Shown: piece by piece, positions 59,905-64,000 of the stretch
Position numbering within the stretch: the first letter of the stretch is position 1
Layout of the letters: every line of letters begins with the position of its first letter
From: Ascoidea asiatica JCM 7603
Lineage: Eukaryota; Fungi; Ascomycota
Length of the DNA: 64,000 bases
Direction: 5' to 3'
Assembly (NCBI GenBank): GCA_001600695.1
Contig: BCKQ01000003.1
Span: forward strand, 1,941,351 to 2,005,350
Position numbers and translations under genes: made by a program
The notes under the pieces: model-generated
Database searches by the model: none
Told to the model about the DNA's origin: nothing
Seen by the model: the letters and a program-made list of their open reading frames with translations, nothing else

Positions 59905-61017
59905 TTAAATAAATGTTTCGTATGGAACAGGGGCAAGGGTTTGAGGAATATTACCTTTAGTTGTAATAATACGAGATTCTCTTGGTTTAGCAGGTTGACG
60001 TTTTAATTGAACAGTTAAACCTTTAGCTTTAGCCTCAGCTTTTTTAGCAGCATTTTCTTTAACACGGTTTAAAAATTCTTGACGACATTTTGAATGTTTA
60101 ACATGTTCAATTTTTAAGTTAATTCTTTTTTCAATATATCTATTACCAACTATTTTATTAACAATAACACCAACGGCAGATTTAGTGACATTATAAACGA
60201 CACCAGTTTTACCATGGTAATATTTATGTGGCATACCTTTTTGGATTGAACCATTAGCTTTGATATCAACAATATCACCAACTCTATAAACTTTTAAGTA
60301 AGTTGATAATGCAATTGCACCATGTTTCTTGTAATCACGAGCGAAAGCATAACGTGTACGAGATCTATAACCGTGACTATAATTGAATTAAGAAAATAAA
60401 AATTTAAAAAAAATCACAAATGAATTTGATTTAATTTAATAAATTTTGTTAGTTATTTGGATTTCTGATATGATTTATATTACTTTTAAATATAATGAAG
60501 TAAATGCTTGAAAAATCTATGAAATCTTTTGATATATGTTTGACCATTTTACAAAAATTAACAAATTGACTAATTATTTTATACAATTATTGACTGAAGG
60601 ATTTTCTTTTTATGAATGCTTAAATTACTTTTGAAGGATGAATTACTGATTTTGAATAATTTCTATATGCCTCAAATTTGAACCTAATGGATATTATAAG
60701 GTAACGAGAAATATATGAATCGAATAAATATGATATTATTTGATAATAAAAAGTTGGTATTTTTTTGAAACTTTCGAGAAAATTTATAATTTAATGCATA
60801 TTTTATAACACTACATATTCTCCAGTTTTTTTTAATTCTTTTCTGTTAGGAAAAAATCCTTTAAAGCTTTTCACTGTTGTTATTACCATTTGATATAATC
60901 CTCCTAATAAAATTCTGATCAAATGTTCTTTCTTGGAATACAGGATATACATAATTTTAAGATTCTTCAAAGCATTTTAGCATTATAGCTTTTACTTTTG
61001 ACATACCTTTTACCCAT
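59905..61017 (-). CDS. RPL21: 60S ribosomal protein eL21, 2 exons (61017-61007, 60376-59905)
   Basis: ATG GGT AAA AG|T CAC GGT gives [13 protein letters not shown]...[13 protein letters not shown]...PVPYETFI. Confidence 0.97.
60377..61006 (-). other. Spliceosomal intron (630 nt) of RPL21
   Basis: GTATGT at 61006, AACTAAC at 60454-60448, TAG at 60379-60377. Confidence 0.93.
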
Positions 61018-61335
61018 TTTGAATTATTGCTGATGATTATTTATTTTACTTGCCTTACAGTATTTTAAATTAGATATTTATAAATCAGTTAGAGCCAGTG
61101 ATATAATAAATTTCAATAGTATCAGAATCTGAAATTTCCCATAATCATCAGCTTGCAAAGAGCCTCCATACAAACTTTGCAAACAGGTGCTGAGCTTCAG
61201 CTCTTCAAAACGCAACCGCCGTTCCTGGTTAATCCGCGCTTTTCGTGTCATTGCAACCTTTGCGGATTACTCGCTGGTTCAATTTCCTGGGAGCATTGAG
61301 CAAAAAATGCTCCATCTCTGCATTAACACAAATAG

Positions 61336-61423
61336 CACGTGTAAATGTCGTGACCTTAAAAACTGTTAATTTTTATTTTACTTAGAGCCCTCTTTAATTT
61401 CACGTTAACAATATTTAGGGCTA
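61336..61423. promoter_or_regulatory. RPL21 promoter with Cbf1-type (CACGTG) and Tbf1-type (TTAGGGCTA) sites
   Basis: CACGTG at 61336-61341, TTAGGGCTA at 61415-61423. Confidence 0.6.
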
Positions 61424-61573
61424 TTAGTGCCTTTTTTTAATACCCGTATTACTGGCTTTGAAATCGGTTAAATAAATGTATAAAATTTAAAACCCTTTAT
61501 TAATGCTATTTAATCAATATGACACAAACGCTAAAAAAAATAAAAACTTGCAAATTACAAAGGAAAAAAAAAT

Positions 61574-64000
61574 CTATATTATGCTATGATTACATTCTTC
61601 TGTTATTCTATCATTCAATTTCTGAATTGATTTTTGAGCATGAATAACTAAATCTTCATGATTGAAGAGAACTCCAATTTGATATTGTAAATTGAAATTA
61701 TTTATCATTTCATCTAAACAATTACTTTTTCTATAATTTTTCATTGAAATCTCTAAGTATTTTAAAACTTTATTAAATAATTCATGATTATGTTCTGTTT
61801 TAACTTGCTTATTTGATTTATTTTTTTCAATTTCAAATTTTAAAATTTGATATATTGATAATGCTAATAAATAATAAGCTTTAGCTATAATTTCAATATT
61901 ATTTACTTCAAATATTTGAGGCATTGATTTATCTAAAATTTCTAAAACTTCTTTATTTTTATTTGAAACATATCTTGAATTTTCTTCAGTATTTTCTATA
62001 TTATAATTCATTTGTTTATTATTTGCAACTTGTAATAAAATTTCACATAATATTAAAATACCTTCATTAACTAATGTTATTAATGAAGATTCTTTTGCTA
62101 ATTTTATGCTTCTAATTATCATTGAGATTCCTCTAATATAACCTGAATTACATTCATTTGAAATTTTACAATATAATAATGAGAATTTTATATACCAATA
62201 ATGATCGTAATAAATTTGATTAAATTTAATTTGTGAATAACATAAATTTATTGCATTATTTATATTACCACTTTTAAATTCAATTAAAACCTCTAAATAT
62301 TTCACTTCAATTTTTAAATCTAAATCACTTAAAACTTGATTATTACCAATTAGTTTATTTAATAAAATTCTACTAAATCTAATTCTAGATCTATTAATAG
62401 ATTGTTTAATTAATAAAATGATTTTTTTACTTTCCCAAATTTTCAATAATGATAAATCTTTTGATAAAATTTTTTTATTTTTACCATAATTATCTAATAA
62501 TTTGAAAGCATTTTCAATATTACCATTATAATATTCTAAATATGATTTTCTAATTAAAATTAAAGTTTCATCCAAAATATTAGTATTATTTTCATTATCA
62601 TTATTATTACAATCAAGGGAAATATCTAAATATAATTCTGCAAGACTTTCAATTCCAACTCTATTCCATAAAGAACTTTGAAGTTGATTATGTCTTATAA
62701 AAGATGATTTATTATCAATAATTGAAACAAAGCTTGATTTCATTAAAGTTTCAATAATAATTTTAAGTGGTTTACCATCTAAAGTTAATTGTAAAGCTTC
62801 TAATTGATAAGACATTGCATTTAGTGTTAAATTTTCTAATTCATTTGTTTTTAATTTTAAAAATTGAAGTAATTGTTCATTTGTACTAAAAAATTCATGT
62901 TTTAAAGTTGGTTTATGTTTTAAAAAATTAAATAACCAACTTAATAAATAATTTAAACATTCATTATCTTTATTTTCTCTTGCAACAGAAATTGCTTCAT
63001 TTATAGCTTTTAAAGCTTCATCATCACAACCAAAATTAGCTTCTAAAGTTGCTAAACTTAATAAAGCATATTGATATATAACATTTTGTCTATTTGACAT
63101 AATATAATCAAAATATCTATGTAAATAATCATAACAATTTTCATAATCATCATTTTTTAAACATTCTAAATATTTCACATAATAAATTGAAGGTAAAGAA
63201 CCATTTTGATTAAAAGTTGCCATAAGAGATAAAATTTTTTCAAGTTTTTTTGGTATTGGAGAACCAAAAGTCTCTAATAATTGAATTTGTTTTTCTAAAA
63301 GTTTTGATAAATCAAAATTTGATAAAATTAATAAATTTTGAGGATCTAAAGAAGTATTAATATTTAAATTTAAAGTATTAGTAATTGAATTTAAAAAATT
63401 TAAATCAATTTTATTTAAATCATTAAAATTATTATTAAAAGATGTAAATTTAACTTCAAATGGAAATTCTTCAAAATTTTTAACTTTTGAAATATTTTTT
63501 CTTAAAAAAATTGTTTTAAAATTTGATAAAGAATTATTATTATTGTTAATATTATTATTAATGTTATTATTAATATTATTATTAACATTATTAAAATATT
63601 TAAATAATTGTAACATTAAATTATAAGAAGGTTGTCTAAATTGTATAAAACTATTCCAAATTAATAAATATCTATCAAATTCTAAAATTGTAAAAGAACC
63701 ACATAAACTTGAAACAAATTTACCTAAATAAGAATTTCTTGTAAATAATTTATAATTATTTTTAATATAATTAAATTTTATTAAAGTTTGTTTACCATAT
63801 TTTGGAGATTGAACAATTAAAAATTTAGTTATTGAAATAAAAGAATCAAAAGAATCAAAAGAATTTAAAGACCATAAAAACATTAATAAATGTAATTTTG
63901 TTTGATTTAAAATTTTTTTAATTTCATTATCATTTATAATTTCTTTTAAATCTTTTAAATAAAAAATAATTGAATCTTGTAATTTATTTAATAAATCTAT
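61574..64000 (-). CDS. APC5: Anaphase-promoting complex subunit 5 (5' end lies outside the window)
   Basis: LGKFV, YLHRYFDY, YQYALLSLATL..FG..EAL.AINEAISVARENKD.ECL. The frame stays open from 64000 down to the track ATG at 63883. Confidence 0.9.
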   Translation of the reverse strand: MDLLNKLQDSIIFYLKDLKEIINDNEIKKILNQTKLHLLMFLWSLNSFDSFDSFISITKFLIVQSPKYGKQTLIKFNYIKNNYKLFTRNSYLGKFVSSLCGSFTILEFDRYLLIWNSFIQFRQPSYNLMLQLFKYFNNVNNNINNNINNNINNNNNSLSNFKTIFLRKNISKVKNFEEFPFEVKFTSFNNNFNDLNKIDLNFLNSITNTLNLNINTSLDPQNLLILSNFDLSKLLEKQIQLLETFGSPIPKKLEKILSLMATFNQNGSLPSIYYVKYLECLKNDDYENCYDYLHRYFDYIMSNRQNVIYQYALLSLATLEANFGCDDEALKAINEAISVARENKDNECLNYLLSWLFNFLKHKPTLKHEFFSTNEQLLQFLKLKTNELENLTLNAMSYQLEALQLTLDGKPLKIIIETLMKSSFVSIIDNKSSFIRHNQLQSSLWNRVGIESLAELYLDISLDCNNNDNENNTNILDETLILIRKSYLEYYNGNIENAFKLLDNYGKNKKILSKDLSLLKIWESKKIILLIKQSINRSRIRFSRILLNKLIGNNQVLSDLDLKIEVKYLEVLIEFKSGNINNAINLCYSQIKFNQIYYDHYWYIKFSLLYCKISNECNSGYIRGISMIIRSIKLAKESSLITLVNEGILILCEILLQVANNKQMNYNIENTEENSRYVSNKNKEVLEILDKSMPQIFEVNNIEIIAKAYYLLALSIYQILKFEIEKNKSNKQVKTEHNHELFNKVLKYLEISMKNYRKSNCLDEMINNFNLQYQIGVLFNHEDLVIHAQKSIQKLNDRITEECNHSII

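Noticed and set aside
60377-61006. Intronic snoRNA in the long RPL21 intron
   Set aside because: No clear box C/D pair or H/ACA structure seen on the sense strand.

Overview
AT-rich eukaryotic DNA from a budding yeast (Saccharomycotina). Evidence: compact genes, few introns with GTATGT/TACTAAC/YAG-type signals, Reb1/Cbf1/Tbf1/MCB-like promoter motifs and poly-Asn-expanded proteins. An Ascoidea/Saccharomycopsis-like lineage is my guess from composition only. I find 27 protein genes and one tRNA-Arg(ACG): a ferroportin-like transporter, NCBP3-like, SFH5, MRPS35, MBF1, CPR1, a spliced D-2-hydroxyacid dehydrogenase, PAC1/LIS1, TAP42, RRP14, URA7, RTT109, RRP46, a greatly expanded DAL81, CRH1, spliced VPH1, MTR3, REV3, DCAF4/WDR21-like, a Roadblock/LC7-like gene, ATG29, DED1, spliced PET117 (absent from the ORF track), ICL1, SRS2, spliced RPL21 and a window-truncated APC5. 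No transposons seen. Best leads: (1) a cryptic peroxisomal signal (TAA-Ser-Lys-Leu-TAA) directly behind the cyclophilin stop codon; (2) PET117 with a stop-introducing tandem splice acceptor; (3) GC-rich promoter islands flanked by extremely AT-rich, repeat-expanded genes; (4) several ancestral genes I do not know from S. cerevisiae. All gene identities come from recalled motifs, not database searches.
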